This document shows, in pieces, positions 22,129 through 33,185 of a DNA stretch of 34,959 bases. Below the pieces are notes generated by a model that was not told the DNA's origin, did not search any database, and was given only the letters and a program-made list of their open reading frames with translations. The translations under genes were made by a program, and so were the position numbers. The DNA is taken from the sequence record SRR2962707_744; one strand, given 5' to 3'. Position 1 is the first letter of the stretch. Every line of letters starts with the position of its first letter.

Positions 22129-22158
22129 AAATGCCGGTTTTCCACCGGCATTTTTTTT
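22129..22158 (+). terminator. Intrinsic terminator after secG
   Basis: AAATGCCGGT-TTTCC-ACCGGCA then T8. Confidence 0.88.
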
Positions 22159-22202
22159 GGATAATGATTTTTTCCTTTGCCAAATGCGGCGAACCTGACT
22201 AA

Positions 22203-23855
<1,653 letters not shown>

Positions 23856-24005
23856 AAAACCGAGCGACGATTTTGCTCTAATTAGACTAAAGTAGGGGCG
23901 TATAGGGCGACAAAATGCCCCATATTCAACCAAAGCACTATTAAAGTCGCATAGATTTTATCTGAAAAATTCGCTCTGTTTAGCCTAGGCCATACATTTG
24001 GCTGA

Positions 24006-24046
24006 TCCGTGACTCGGGAGGAGCCATGGAGGGCACAAAGGGAGGA
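24006..24046 (+). promoter_or_regulatory. Leader hairpin with GGGAG loop plus strong RBS
   Basis: TCCGTGACTC-GGGAG-GAGCCATGGA (9 of 10 stem positions pair, counting one G-U), then AGGGAGGA before ATG 24052. Function is inferred. Confidence 0.5.
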
Positions 24047-24051
24047 TTTTT

Positions 24052-25407
24052 ATGTCCAATTTTAAGTTTACACGTCGTGGCTTGATTAAGTCAGGTGCTG
24101 TTGCAGGTGCTGGATTGGCTATGCCAACAGTATTTTCGCCAGCATTTGCTGAAAATCATGCTGGTTACACCAATGCGCCAACCGGCGGCACTGTTACACT
24201 CGGCTTCAACGTTCCACAGACTGGTCCATATGCTGACGAAGGTGCTGACGAACTGCGCGCATTCCAACTCGCTGTCGAACACCTTAATGGTGAAGGCGAT
24301 GGTGGCTGCCTAAACACATTCTCATCTAAAGCACTTAAGGGTAACGGCATCCTTGGTAAAAAAGTGGCTTATGTAACAGGCGACACACAGACAAAATCAG
24401 ACGCGGCGCGCGCATCTGCTAAATCAATGATCGAAAAAGACGGCGCTGTGATGATCTCTGGTGGATCTTCTTCAGGTGTTGCTGTTGCTGTTCAGGGTCT
24501 TTGCCAAGAAGCTGGCATTATCTTTATGGCTGGTTTGACACACTCAAACGACACTACCGGTAAAGACAAAAAAGCTAACGGCTTCCGTCACTTCTTCAAC
24601 GCCTATATGTCAGGCGCTGCATTGGCTCCGGTTCTTGAAAAAGCTTACGGTAAAGATCGTAAAGCCTATCACCTTACAGCTGACTACACTTGGGGCTGGA
24701 CACAACAAGAATCAATTCAAGCCGCAACTGAGGCAATTGGTTGGCAGACAGTTAACAACGTGTTGACACCGCTTGCATCAACTGACTTCTCTTCATACAT
24801 CGCTCCAGTTCTTAACTCTGGCGCAGACGTGCTCGTTCTAAACCACTACGGCGGCAACATGGTCAACTCGTTGACACAGGCTGTTCAGTTCGGTCTTCGC
24901 GATAAAATGGTGAATGGCAAGCAGTTCGAAATCGTTGTTCCGCTTTACTCAGAGCTTATGGCTAAGGGTGCTGGCAAAAACATCGAAGGCGTGTTTGGTT
25001 CAACAAACTGGTCTTGGAAACTTGAAGATGAAGGCACAAAAGCTTTCGTTAAATCATTCGGCACCAAGTTCGGCTTCCCACCGTCAAACGCAGCGCAGAC
25101 ATGCTATGCACAAACATTGCTTTATGCGGACGCAGCTGAACGTGCAGGCACATTCAACCCTTGCGGCATTGCAGAAGCGCTAGAGGACTTCGAATTTGAC
25201 GGCTTGGGCAATGGTCCGACATTGTACCGCGCAGGCGATCACCAGTGCTTCAAAGACGTTCTCGTAATGAAGGGCAAAAAAGACCCTGAAAACGAATATG
25301 ATGCTTTGGAAATCGTTGAAGTAACACCGCGTGCTCAAGTTGAGTACCCAGTGGATCATCCAATGTTTGCTGGCGGCGATTTGGGCAAATGTAACCCAGG
25401 CGCATAA
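24052..25407 (+). CDS. ABC transporter substrate-binding protein (Leu/Ile/Val-binding family) with Tat signal
   Basis: TRRGLIK twin-arginine signal; PQTGPYADEG, GGSSSGVAVA, ADYTWG, DFSSYI; first gene of a Liv-type operon. Substrate unknown. Confidence 0.9.
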   Translation: MSNFKFTRRGLIKSGAVAGAGLAMPTVFSPAFAENHAGYTNAPTGGTVTLGFNVPQTGPYADEGADELRAFQLAVEHLNGEGDGGCLNTFSSKALKGNGILGKKVAYVTGDTQTKSDAARASAKSMIEKDGAVMISGGSSSGVAVAVQGLCQEAGIIFMAGLTHSNDTTGKDKKANGFRHFFNAYMSGAALAPVLEKAYGKDRKAYHLTADYTWGWTQQESIQAATEAIGWQTVNNVLTPLASTDFSSYIAPVLNSGADVLVLNHYGGNMVNSLTQAVQFGLRDKMVNGKQFEIVVPLYSELMAKGAGKNIEGVFGSTNWSWKLEDEGTKAFVKSFGTKFGFPPSNAAQTCYAQTLLYADAAERAGTFNPCGIAEALEDFEFDGLGNGPTLYRAGDHQCFKDVLVMKGKKDPENEYDALEIVEVTPRAQVEYPVDHPMFAGGDLGKCNPGA

Positions 25408-25428
25408 GCTTTTAAAACAACGCACATC

Positions 25429-25457
25429 CGCCGCGCTGAAAAATAATCAGCGCGGCG
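25429..25457 (+). other. Intercistronic GC-rich hairpin (likely mRNA-stabilising)
   Basis: CGCCGCGCTGA-N7-TCAGCGCGGCG, a perfect 11-bp stem with no U tract, between binding protein and permease genes. Confidence 0.7.
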
Positions 25458-25515
25458 ACTTATCCGCAAAAGTGATGTCGCCACATTTCCGGCAACTATA
25501 ATTTGGATCGACCTA

Positions 25516-26547
25516 ATGGACGCCATTATTCTACAAGTCTTGAACGGCTTGGACAAAGGCAGCGCATACGCGCTAATTGCCCTAGGCCTTACACTCATTT
25601 TCGGCACCCTTGGTGTGGTGAACTTCGCCCACGGCGCATTATTTATGATCGGCGCATTCTGCGCGGTCACATTACAGCGAATTTTATCTTTCAGTGCCGT
25701 TATTATCGACGACACGAAGAAGGACTTTTTGGGCAATCCACTTAAAGTGGAGGTTCCTTACATTGAAACTTGGTTTGGACCCGAAATAGGGGCGTCGATC
25801 ATAAATTGGTCCGTCCCCTTAGCCATTATTCTAACAATTCCGGTTATGATTCTGATCGGCTTTGCGATGGAACGCGGCCTCATCAAGCATTTTTATAAGC
25901 GCCCGCACGCTGACCAAATCCTTGTGACATTTGGCCTTGCGATCGTCTTGCAAGAAATCATCAAATATTTTTTCGGCGCAAATCCAATTCCAACGCCAGC
26001 ACCGGCTATGTTCGCAGGCTCATTCGACTTCGGCGTTCTCCTCGGATTTGATCAAAACGCGATTATCTATCCATTCTGGCGTTTGGTATACTTTGCGTTC
26101 TCGGCGATTATTATCAGTGCTGTTTTTGCCTTCTTGCAGTTCACGACATTCGGCATGGTTGTCCGTGCGGGCATGGCAGACCGCGAGACCGTTGGTCTAT
26201 TAGGCATCGACATTGATAAGCGCTTTACCATCATGTTTGGTATCGCAGCAGCAGTTGCTGGCTTAGCCGGCGTTATGTACGGGCCAATCAATTCGCCCAA
26301 CTATCATATGGGCATGGATTTCCTCGTTCTTAGTTTTGTTGTTGTTGTGGTCGGCGGCATGGGCTCTTTGACAGGCGCTGTGCTGGCTGGCTTCATGCTG
26401 GGTATTCTCGAAAGCTTTGCTTCCACCACTTGGGCATCAAACATGCTGCCTGGCATCAACCAAATTATCATCTACCTTGTTGCAATCATTGTTCTTTTGA
26501 CCCGTCCGCGCGGTCTTATGGGACGCAAAGGTGTGATGGAGGAATAA
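25516..26547 (+). CDS. Branched-chain amino acid type ABC permease (LivH-like)
   Basis: YALIALGLTLIFGTLGVVNFAHG, G..VRA, FVVVVVGGMGS..GA, RPRGLMG. Confidence 0.94.
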   Translation: MDAIILQVLNGLDKGSAYALIALGLTLIFGTLGVVNFAHGALFMIGAFCAVTLQRILSFSAVIIDDTKKDFLGNPLKVEVPYIETWFGPEIGASIINWSVPLAIILTIPVMILIGFAMERGLIKHFYKRPHADQILVTFGLAIVLQEIIKYFFGANPIPTPAPAMFAGSFDFGVLLGFDQNAIIYPFWRLVYFAFSAIIISAVFAFLQFTTFGMVVRAGMADRETVGLLGIDIDKRFTIMFGIAAAVAGLAGVMYGPINSPNYHMGMDFLVLSFVVVVVGGMGSLTGAVLAGFMLGILESFASTTWASNMLPGINQIIIYLVAIIVLLTRPRGLMGRKGVMEE

Positions 26548-26550
26548 GCT

Positions 26551-27765
26551 ATGCTTGGATTAAATAAAAAAGACTTACGCCTTCTAGTCATCGTTATTCT
26601 TCTAACAATGTTGGCACCTTTTATCCTCAATCCGTTTCCAACGGACAGCGCCATGGCGCAGTTCAACGCGGGTTACCCAGACTTGATGCAGAAATTTGTC
26701 ATCTTCGGCATTTTTGCGATCGGCTTCAACATTCTGTTTGGTTTGACCGGATATCTATCGTTCGGTCACGCAGCTTTCCTCGGCATCGGCTCCTACAGCT
26801 GCGTTTGGATGTATAAGCTGCTGAGCTACAATGTGATCCCGGGGATTATCCTAGCGGTCATTATGGCAGGCATTTTCTCGGTGTTGATCGGCTATATCAG
26901 CCTCAGACGATCCGGCATCTACTTCTCGATTTTGACACTTGCATTTGCGCAGATGTCGTTCGCGATTGCCTATTCAGTTCTGTCGAACCCTTCGTTCAAC
27001 CTGACCAATGGCGAAACAGGTTTGCAAGTCTATGCCGATGATCCGCAATGGCTACAAAGCGCAACGGCGCCTGACTCGCCGCACTTCTTCGGTTGGGCCC
27101 TTCGAGCCACTGAAAACTGGACTGTTGGTGGCTGGGATTTCCAATTCAGCTTTGGATATTATTTCTGCGCAATTATATTGATTTTGGCCTTCTATCTATC
27201 AATGCGGATTTTCCGCTCGCCCTTCGGCCTTATGCTTCGCGCGGTTAAATCTAACCAACACCGCATGAGCTATACGGGCCTCAATACGAAGCCATATACA
27301 CTGGCAGCCTTTGTTATTTCTGGCATGTATGCCGGTTTGGCTGGCGGCCTATTGTCCGCGACTGACCCACTTGCGGGCGCAGAACGCATGCAATGGACAG
27401 CATCAGGCGAGGTGGTCTTGATGACGATCCTTGGCGGCGCTGGCACATTGATCGGCCCAGTGTTTGGTGCAGGCTTCATCAAATATTTCGAGAACATCTT
27501 CTCTAAGATCAACGATAACATTTTGCATCAATGGTTCAGTGCACTGCCAGACGGCCTTGAAGACTTCCTAGTTTTCCTTGTTCATCCGTTTATTGGTAAG
27601 GGATGGAACTTGACACTCGGTCTGTTGTTTATGGCTGTGGTTATCTTCTTGCCTGGTGGTCTTGTTGAAGGCGGACAGCGCATCGGCAATCTGTTCAAGC
27701 GCAAAAAGAAAACCGAAAATGGCGATATGCCCGCCAAAGCAGAACTAGCCGAGGGAGGGCAATAA
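26551..27765 (+). CDS. Branched-chain amino acid type ABC permease (LivM-like)
   Basis: [52 protein letters not shown]. Confidence 0.94.
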   Translation: MLGLNKKDLRLLVIVILLTMLAPFILNPFPTDSAMAQFNAGYPDLMQKFVIFGIFAIGFNILFGLTGYLSFGHAAFLGIGSYSCVWMYKLLSYNVIPGIILAVIMAGIFSVLIGYISLRRSGIYFSILTLAFAQMSFAIAYSVLSNPSFNLTNGETGLQVYADDPQWLQSATAPDSPHFFGWALRATENWTVGGWDFQFSFGYYFCAIILILAFYLSMRIFRSPFGLMLRAVKSNQHRMSYTGLNTKPYTLAAFVISGMYAGLAGGLLSATDPLAGAERMQWTASGEVVLMTILGGAGTLIGPVFGAGFIKYFENIFSKINDNILHQWFSALPDGLEDFLVFLVHPFIGKGWNLTLGLLFMAVVIFLPGGLVEGGQRIGNLFKRKKKTENGDMPAKAELAEGGQ

Positions 27766-27766
27766 T

Positions 27767-28525
27767 ATGGGTATTCTTGAAGTAAAGAACGTCAATAAGC
27801 GCTTCGGCGGTTTGCAAGCACTCGGTGATGTTAATCTCGATATCAAAGAAAACACTGTGCATGCGATCATCGGTCCAAATGGCGCAGGTAAATCGACCTT
27901 GCTCAATTGCCTGATTGGTAAGCTTGAACCTGATACCGGCTCGGTCACTTTCGATGGGCAGCCTGTGCTGGGGCGCAAGCCACATGAGATCAACCAGATG
28001 GGCATTAGCCGCGTCTTCCAAACGCCTGAAATCTTTACGGATTTGACGGTTATGGAAAACGTTTTAATCCCAACTTTTGCCAAACGCGACGGCGCATTTT
28101 CACTCCACGCTATGGGATCGATCACCAAAGAAACAGACGTGATTGAAACCGCAGAAAAAATGTTGGCCGATGTAAAAATGCTTGAAAAGCGGGATATGAT
28201 TGCCGGTTCACTATCGCGCGGTGATAAACGGCGTCTAGAAATGGCCATGTGCCTTGTTCAAGAGCCGCGGCTTTTGCTGCTTGACGAACCAACTGCTGGT
28301 ATGGCCCGCGCCGATACAAACAACACAATTGATCTGCTCAGAGAAATTAAATCCAATCGTGACATCACGATGGTTATTATTGAACATGATATGCATGTGG
28401 TGTTCTCATTGGCTGACCGCATTACCGTGTTGGCGCAAGGAACGCCGCTCGTTGAAGATGTGCCTGAGAAAATTAAAGGGCATCCGAAAGTCCAAGAAGC
28501 CTATCTCGGCGAAACAGCAGCATAA
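27767..28525 (+). CDS. ABC ATPase (LivG-like)
   Basis: KRFGGL.AL, GPNGAGKST, R.FQ, LLLDEPTAG, IEHDM, VQEAYLG. Confidence 0.95.
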   Translation: MGILEVKNVNKRFGGLQALGDVNLDIKENTVHAIIGPNGAGKSTLLNCLIGKLEPDTGSVTFDGQPVLGRKPHEINQMGISRVFQTPEIFTDLTVMENVLIPTFAKRDGAFSLHAMGSITKETDVIETAEKMLADVKMLEKRDMIAGSLSRGDKRRLEMAMCLVQEPRLLLLDEPTAGMARADTNNTIDLLREIKSNRDITMVIIEHDMHVVFSLADRITVLAQGTPLVEDVPEKIKGHPKVQEAYLGETAA

Positions 28526-28536
28526 ATAAGAGAGCT

Positions 28537-29298
28537 ATGGTAATGAACGCTATGCCCCCATTTGAAAAAAACGCCAATCATGCTGCCACAGCGCCTGCTT
28601 TTTTGTCGGTACACGATTTGCATGCCTATTATGGCGAGAGCTATATCGTGCAAGGTGTAAGTTTTAACGTCCATGAAGGCGAGATCATTGCGCTGCTCGG
28701 CCGTAACGGTGCGGGAAAGACTTCAACACTGCGCGCAATTGCACGTCTTGATGCGCCAGAAGCGCGCAAAGGCGAAATTTGGCTCGACCATCAACCACTG
28801 CACAAAATGAAAAGCCATCAAGCAGCCGTGGCGGGTATCGGACTTGTGCCGGAAGATCGCCGCATCATTGCGGGCCTTACGGTAGAAGAAAATCTAGAAC
28901 TAGCGCAAATTGTGCCGCCTGTGGGTTGGTCAATCGAGCGACTATATGAATTGTTTCCACGCCTCGGTGAACGGCGCAAACAAGAGGGCGTAACATTGTC
29001 AGGCGGCGAGCAGCAAATGCTTGCCATCGCCCGCGCTCTAGCCCGTGACATCAAAGTCTTGCTGCTTGATGAACCTTACGAAGGTCTAGCGCCAGTTATC
29101 GTTCATGAAATTGAAAAAACATTGGCGATTATCCGCGAGCAGGGGATGACAACAATCATCGTCGAACAAAACGCTATCGCTGCGCTTAAATTGGCTGACC
29201 GTGCCCTAATCCTTGATACAGGCATGCTCGTATATGATGGCTTGGCGAAAGATGTGCTGGAAAATGAATCGCTTAGACAGGAATATCTGGCTATTTAG
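28537..29298 (+). CDS. ABC ATPase (LivF-like)
   Basis: GRNGAGKTS, VPEDR, LFPRL.ER, LSGGEQQMLAIARAL, LLDEP.EGLAP, VEQN. Confidence 0.95.
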   Translation: MVMNAMPPFEKNANHAATAPAFLSVHDLHAYYGESYIVQGVSFNVHEGEIIALLGRNGAGKTSTLRAIARLDAPEARKGEIWLDHQPLHKMKSHQAAVAGIGLVPEDRRIIAGLTVEENLELAQIVPPVGWSIERLYELFPRLGERRKQEGVTLSGGEQQMLAIARALARDIKVLLLDEPYEGLAPVIVHEIEKTLAIIREQGMTTIIVEQNAIAALKLADRALILDTGMLVYDGLAKDVLENESLRQEYLAI

Positions 29299-29323
29299 AC
29301 TTTTCCAAAATTTTTGCCTTTTC

Positions 29324-29350
29324 AAAACCCGGTGAAGTTCATCGGGTTTT
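29324..29350 (+). terminator. Intrinsic terminator of the ABC operon
   Basis: AAAACCCGGTGA-AGT-TCATCGGGTTTT (one G-U pair), 25 nt after the stop. Confidence 0.8.
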
Positions 29351-29603
29351 GTCGTTTATGAGGTATTTTCAGGGTCAGAATCCAGCGGGTGGAGCTACAT
29401 TCTCAAATATAAAACCCGCACAGCAAAACATCAGCTCATCTGTATGCAGTAAAACATTTATTTAACATATCGCGGTTTAGATCTGATGTGCATCCTCTTT
29501 TAGCGAGAAACTCTGTGTTTCAGATCGCCTTGGGGGTTATCAAACTTTGGTTTATTGATGGATGCGACCAAAACAAACTGATTCTATACGGACTGGAGAC
29601 AGC

Positions 29604-31328
29604 ATGAATAATCCGATGAAAAGCATCAAAATTTTACGCGGGGTTAATGCCGCAGTCCTCATTTGTTTTTCATTGATGCTGACCAAGCCGTCAATTGCTC
29701 AAACGAGCACCGACGAGTCTGCTCCGCAAGCTATTGAAATTACGTACATATCCAGCTCAGCGGTTGAAACCCCATTGTCGCCATTACCAATGGCTTCGCC
29801 TCGGCAAACACTAAATAGCTTTTGGTCACTTTCGCGAGCGGCGGAAAATTCGCTGCTAGAAGCAATAGACATTGCCGCAAATAACAACGACTTATTTGAT
29901 ACGGCGGAAATAAAAGCCCTGAAGCGCCAAGCTCTTCAGCAGATGGTAAAAGCCTCATCAACCCTCGATCTTACATCTGTCGCGCCAGAAAATAGAAAAA
30001 CACTTGGTATAAATTCTGTTCTTTTACTCAAAGAAATACTTGAGCGGATAAATGTACCGTCACTCGATCAAGTGCCTGATACGAGTGGCGATAAGGGTGC
30101 GGAATGGATTTTACCAGGTACCGAAATTAGTATCGTTAATCAGCCAATGGCAAACGGCCGAGCCCACTACGTCTTTTCGCAGGAGACTGTTCAACGCCTT
30201 CCTGAATTTTATGAGTTGGTCAAAAGGCTACCACAGCAAACTGGAAACCCTGTCGACTTCTACAAGAGCTTTGTACTTGGTCCCGGTCTTCTTCTTCCCG
30301 TAGAGTTATACAGTCGCGTGATGAACTTGCCCGATTGGATGCTTAAAGAAGTTGCAGGCCAAGCCATTTGGCAATGGTTCGCATTCTTTTTATTAAGTTT
30401 GATCGTTGCGACACTCATTTGGAAGATGTTGCGTCATACTAATTGGCGAACCTCAAATGCAGTCGCGCTTGGACGCATTATTGTGCCCTATGCAATTGCC
30501 GGTATTCTGTGGGGCTTTGGCGTCATATGCGACGATTTGATTAATCTCACCGGCAATGTTGAGGCGACGTTAGAACTGGTAATAACCTGTCTAGAAGCGG
30601 TCGCACTAGCACTTGGTGCGATCATGACGGCAAACTCAATCGCCCACATCGTCGCCTCTTTGCCAAAGATCAAAGTTCAAGCGCTGGATGCAAGCCTTAT
30701 ACGATTAGGTATCCGCGTCATCGGCATACTAATCGCTGGTTATATATTGGCCTTGGCCGCAGCCCGTATTGGCATGCCACTTTATGGCATTATCGCCAGC
30801 TTGGGTGTTGGTGGTTTGGCGCTCGCCTTGGCGGTTAGACCGACATTGGAAAACTTTATCGGCGGCATTATTCTTTACGCTGACAAGCCGGTACAAGTTG
30901 GCGATGTTTGTAAGTTCGGCAATATCAAAGGCAGGGTCGAGACGATTGGGCTTCGCTCAACACGCATCCGCGCAGAAGATCGCACGCTCATCACCGTCCA
31001 AAATTCTGACTTCGTGGAAATGTCGATTATCAACTTCTCACGGCGTCACTCGGAGCTTTTCTCTTTCGATTTTACGCTGCCAACAAGCGTAGAGCAGCCT
31101 AAGATTTCGCAAGCGATAGATGACATTGCAGATTATCTCAAAAATTCTGAAGCGGTAATGGCACCGTCCGTAAAGGTCTATCTAAACAGCACAGAGAACA
31201 ATGCCCTCAAACTAGAATCTCGTGCTTATGTAAGTAAAAATACCGAACGGGATTTCTCAAAAATAAGGGAAGAACTTCTATTGGGCATCGTGGATATCCT
31301 TAGAAGTAAGGAAATTGCGATTGTTTAG
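29604..31328 (+). CDS. Large MscS-family mechanosensitive channel with N-terminal periplasmic domain
   Basis: ASLGVGGLALALA...TLENFIGG...DKPVQVGD..G.VETIGLRSTRIR...N...INFS; signal-like N-terminus. Start ATG 29604 follows GGAG (alternative start 29562). Confidence 0.9.
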   Translation: MNNPMKSIKILRGVNAAVLICFSLMLTKPSIAQTSTDESAPQAIEITYISSSAVETPLSPLPMASPRQTLNSFWSLSRAAENSLLEAIDIAANNNDLFDTAEIKALKRQALQQMVKASSTLDLTSVAPENRKTLGINSVLLLKEILERINVPSLDQVPDTSGDKGAEWILPGTEISIVNQPMANGRAHYVFSQETVQRLPEFYELVKRLPQQTGNPVDFYKSFVLGPGLLLPVELYSRVMNLPDWMLKEVAGQAIWQWFAFFLLSLIVATLIWKMLRHTNWRTSNAVALGRIIVPYAIAGILWGFGVICDDLINLTGNVEATLELVITCLEAVALALGAIMTANSIAHIVASLPKIKVQALDASLIRLGIRVIGILIAGYILALAAARIGMPLYGIIASLGVGGLALALAVRPTLENFIGGIILYADKPVQVGDVCKFGNIKGRVETIGLRSTRIRAEDRTLITVQNSDFVEMSIINFSRRHSELFSFDFTLPTSVEQPKISQAIDDIADYLKNSEAVMAPSVKVYLNSTENNALKLESRAYVSKNTERDFSKIREELLLGIVDILRSKEIAIV

Positions 31329-31367
31329 TCCTTCATCCGACTATTTTAGGCATTTGAGGAACCACAA

Positions 31368-32495
31368 ATGACAACCAAACACCGCGCCTCAGCCAAAACG
31401 AACATAATGGGAATCATCAAAAATGAATGGTTCTTGGGCGTTGGTTGGGCTGCAAGCCTGATATTCTATCTTTACGCCGATCAAATATTCGTCGGCATGG
31501 AAAATATGTTTTGGCTCGGCGCGTTGTTTCTAATTTTGTTCGTCATTGTGCTCGGATGCGCGATAAATGTCGTCAGGCATGCAGAACATATTTCAGAGCG
31601 TTTGGGAGAACCCTACGGGACGCTCGTTCTCACATTATCCATCACCGCGATCGAGGTTCTGAGTATTTCTGCCGTCATGTTGCACGGAGATAGCAATCCC
31701 GCTTTGGTGCGCGATACGATGTTTTCTGTTGTGATGATCATTCTTGGGGGAATGGTGGGCATTTCGCTCCTCGTTGGTGCAATTTATCACCGTGAGCAAA
31801 CCTTCAACCTGCAAGGTGCCAATGCTTATTTGGGCGTAATCGTGCCGCTGGCCGTATTTAGTTTGATACTGCCTAACTTTACAAAAACGACAGATGGCCC
31901 AACCCTCTCAACATTGCAGGAGTTTTTGGTTGGCGGCATGGCAATTGCGTTCTTCATCACATTTCTATTGATTCAGACGGGTAGGCACCGATCCTACTTC
32001 TCCGCCACCCCTGAAAATATAATCCCCGCTGAGGATGGAAAGCCTGCCTTGTTGCCGCACTTCGTTTTGTTGTTGGGCTTTATGGTGCCTGTGGTCTTTT
32101 TGGTGGAAGAACTGGCGCGGCCCATCGACTATATCGTCGAAACACTGCACGCACCGCAAATTGTTGGCGGTGTTGTTATGGCTGTTTTAGTCGCCGCGCC
32201 TGAAGGAATTGGCGGCGTCAGAGCGGCCATGCAGAACAAACTCCAACAGTCCGTGAATATCTTTCTCGGTTCTGTATTAGCCACAATCGGTCTTACCGTT
32301 CCCATTATGCTGGTGTTCGCAAACATTGCTGGCATCAATTTAACATTGGGGTTGGATAGCGCCAATATGATCCTTTTGGCCACGGTCCTTGCTGTATGCA
32401 CGATCACATTTTCGAGCGGCAAAACCCATCTCCTGCAGGGCGTCGTGCATATTGTGCTGTTTGCAGCGTTTATACTGTTAGCTTTTGATAGGTAA
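31368..32495 (+). CDS. chaA: Ca2+(Na+)/H+ antiporter, CaCA family
   Basis: GEPYGTLVLTLS...IEV, RDTMFS, H.EQ.FN, PEG...V.AA..N, LGSVLATIGLTVP, LQG.VH. Confidence 0.9.
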   Translation: MTTKHRASAKTNIMGIIKNEWFLGVGWAASLIFYLYADQIFVGMENMFWLGALFLILFVIVLGCAINVVRHAEHISERLGEPYGTLVLTLSITAIEVLSISAVMLHGDSNPALVRDTMFSVVMIILGGMVGISLLVGAIYHREQTFNLQGANAYLGVIVPLAVFSLILPNFTKTTDGPTLSTLQEFLVGGMAIAFFITFLLIQTGRHRSYFSATPENIIPAEDGKPALLPHFVLLLGFMVPVVFLVEELARPIDYIVETLHAPQIVGGVVMAVLVAAPEGIGGVRAAMQNKLQQSVNIFLGSVLATIGLTVPIMLVFANIAGINLTLGLDSANMILLATVLAVCTITFSSGKTHLLQGVVHIVLFAAFILLAFDR

Positions 32496-32731
32496 TATCG
32501 CTGCTTAAAGCGCGCGCTGCTGCATTTGCGTTGGCAAAGCAGGGGATTGATGAACAAACCGCCTCAGACCCTTGCTAGAAGCTTTTGGTTCAATTGGTAA
32601 GGAGTATATTCGTAGATACACCAGAAACACTCGCGCAAAAGCGTTTCAACTAATCGAATTCTGCAATTGCATTTACGGCTTCGGCTTTGCTATCAGCTAC
32701 GCCGGAGATTCCTGTACCGTCTGCATGATAT

Positions 32732-33184
32732 TTAAACCAATAGATCATCTAAAGTTAAGTATTCTATACCCAGAAATTCGCAAATATTATTCATTGAAGA
32801 GCAGTGATCACCGACATCTCCTGTTACAACTAAAGGCGTCGCATCCGACCCATTCTTGGCACAGTGGGCTATAGCAATTATCGGAATTTTTTGAGATGCC
32901 GCCGAGTTTATCTCAGCACCACTAGTTAAATACAGCTCGGTTAGGTTTTCAGCAGCTTCATAAACCACTTCATCCAACTCAATTATTTGAATATTCGATA
33001 GCGCGATTTGTTTGGCAAAACCATTATCGAAAATTTTCACCTGCGCGAATACCTCTTTAGAAATGACCATCCGACATGACTTTGCATACTCGAAAGTAGC
33101 GTTGATAAAGTTATTTCCCTTAACGGCCAATGAGAGACAGGCTTCTAGGTCCAAGACGTAATCTGCGCCTTCACATTCGCTCAC
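32732..33184 (-). CDS. PIN-fold DUF4411-like protein (divergent)
   Basis: YVLD at the N-terminus, ISKEV, IIAIA, VVTGD, C-terminal ICEFLGIEYLTLDDLL; about 150 aa. GTG 33184 lies just after the stop of the ImmA-like gene. Confidence 0.65.
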   Translation of the reverse strand: MSECEGADYVLDLEACLSLAVKGNNFINATFEYAKSCRMVISKEVFAQVKIFDNGFAKQIALSNIQIIELDEVVYEAAENLTELYLTSGAEINSAASQKIPIIAIAHCAKNGSDATPLVVTGDVGDHCSSMNNICEFLGIEYLTLDDLLV

Positions 33185-33185
33185 G

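Noticed and set aside
29480-29526. GATCTGA...TCAGATC inverted repeat upstream of the MscS gene
   Set aside because: Only 7 bp with a long spacer; compatible with chance.
32500-32560. Possible second att copy (GCAGGGGATTGATGAAC versus the tRNA's GCAGGGATTCGAAC)
   Set aside because: Too degenerate, and the acceptor-stem part does not match.
32572-32874. 100-aa plus-strand ORF
   Set aside because: TTG start, antisense overlap with the PIN-like gene and no recognisable motif.
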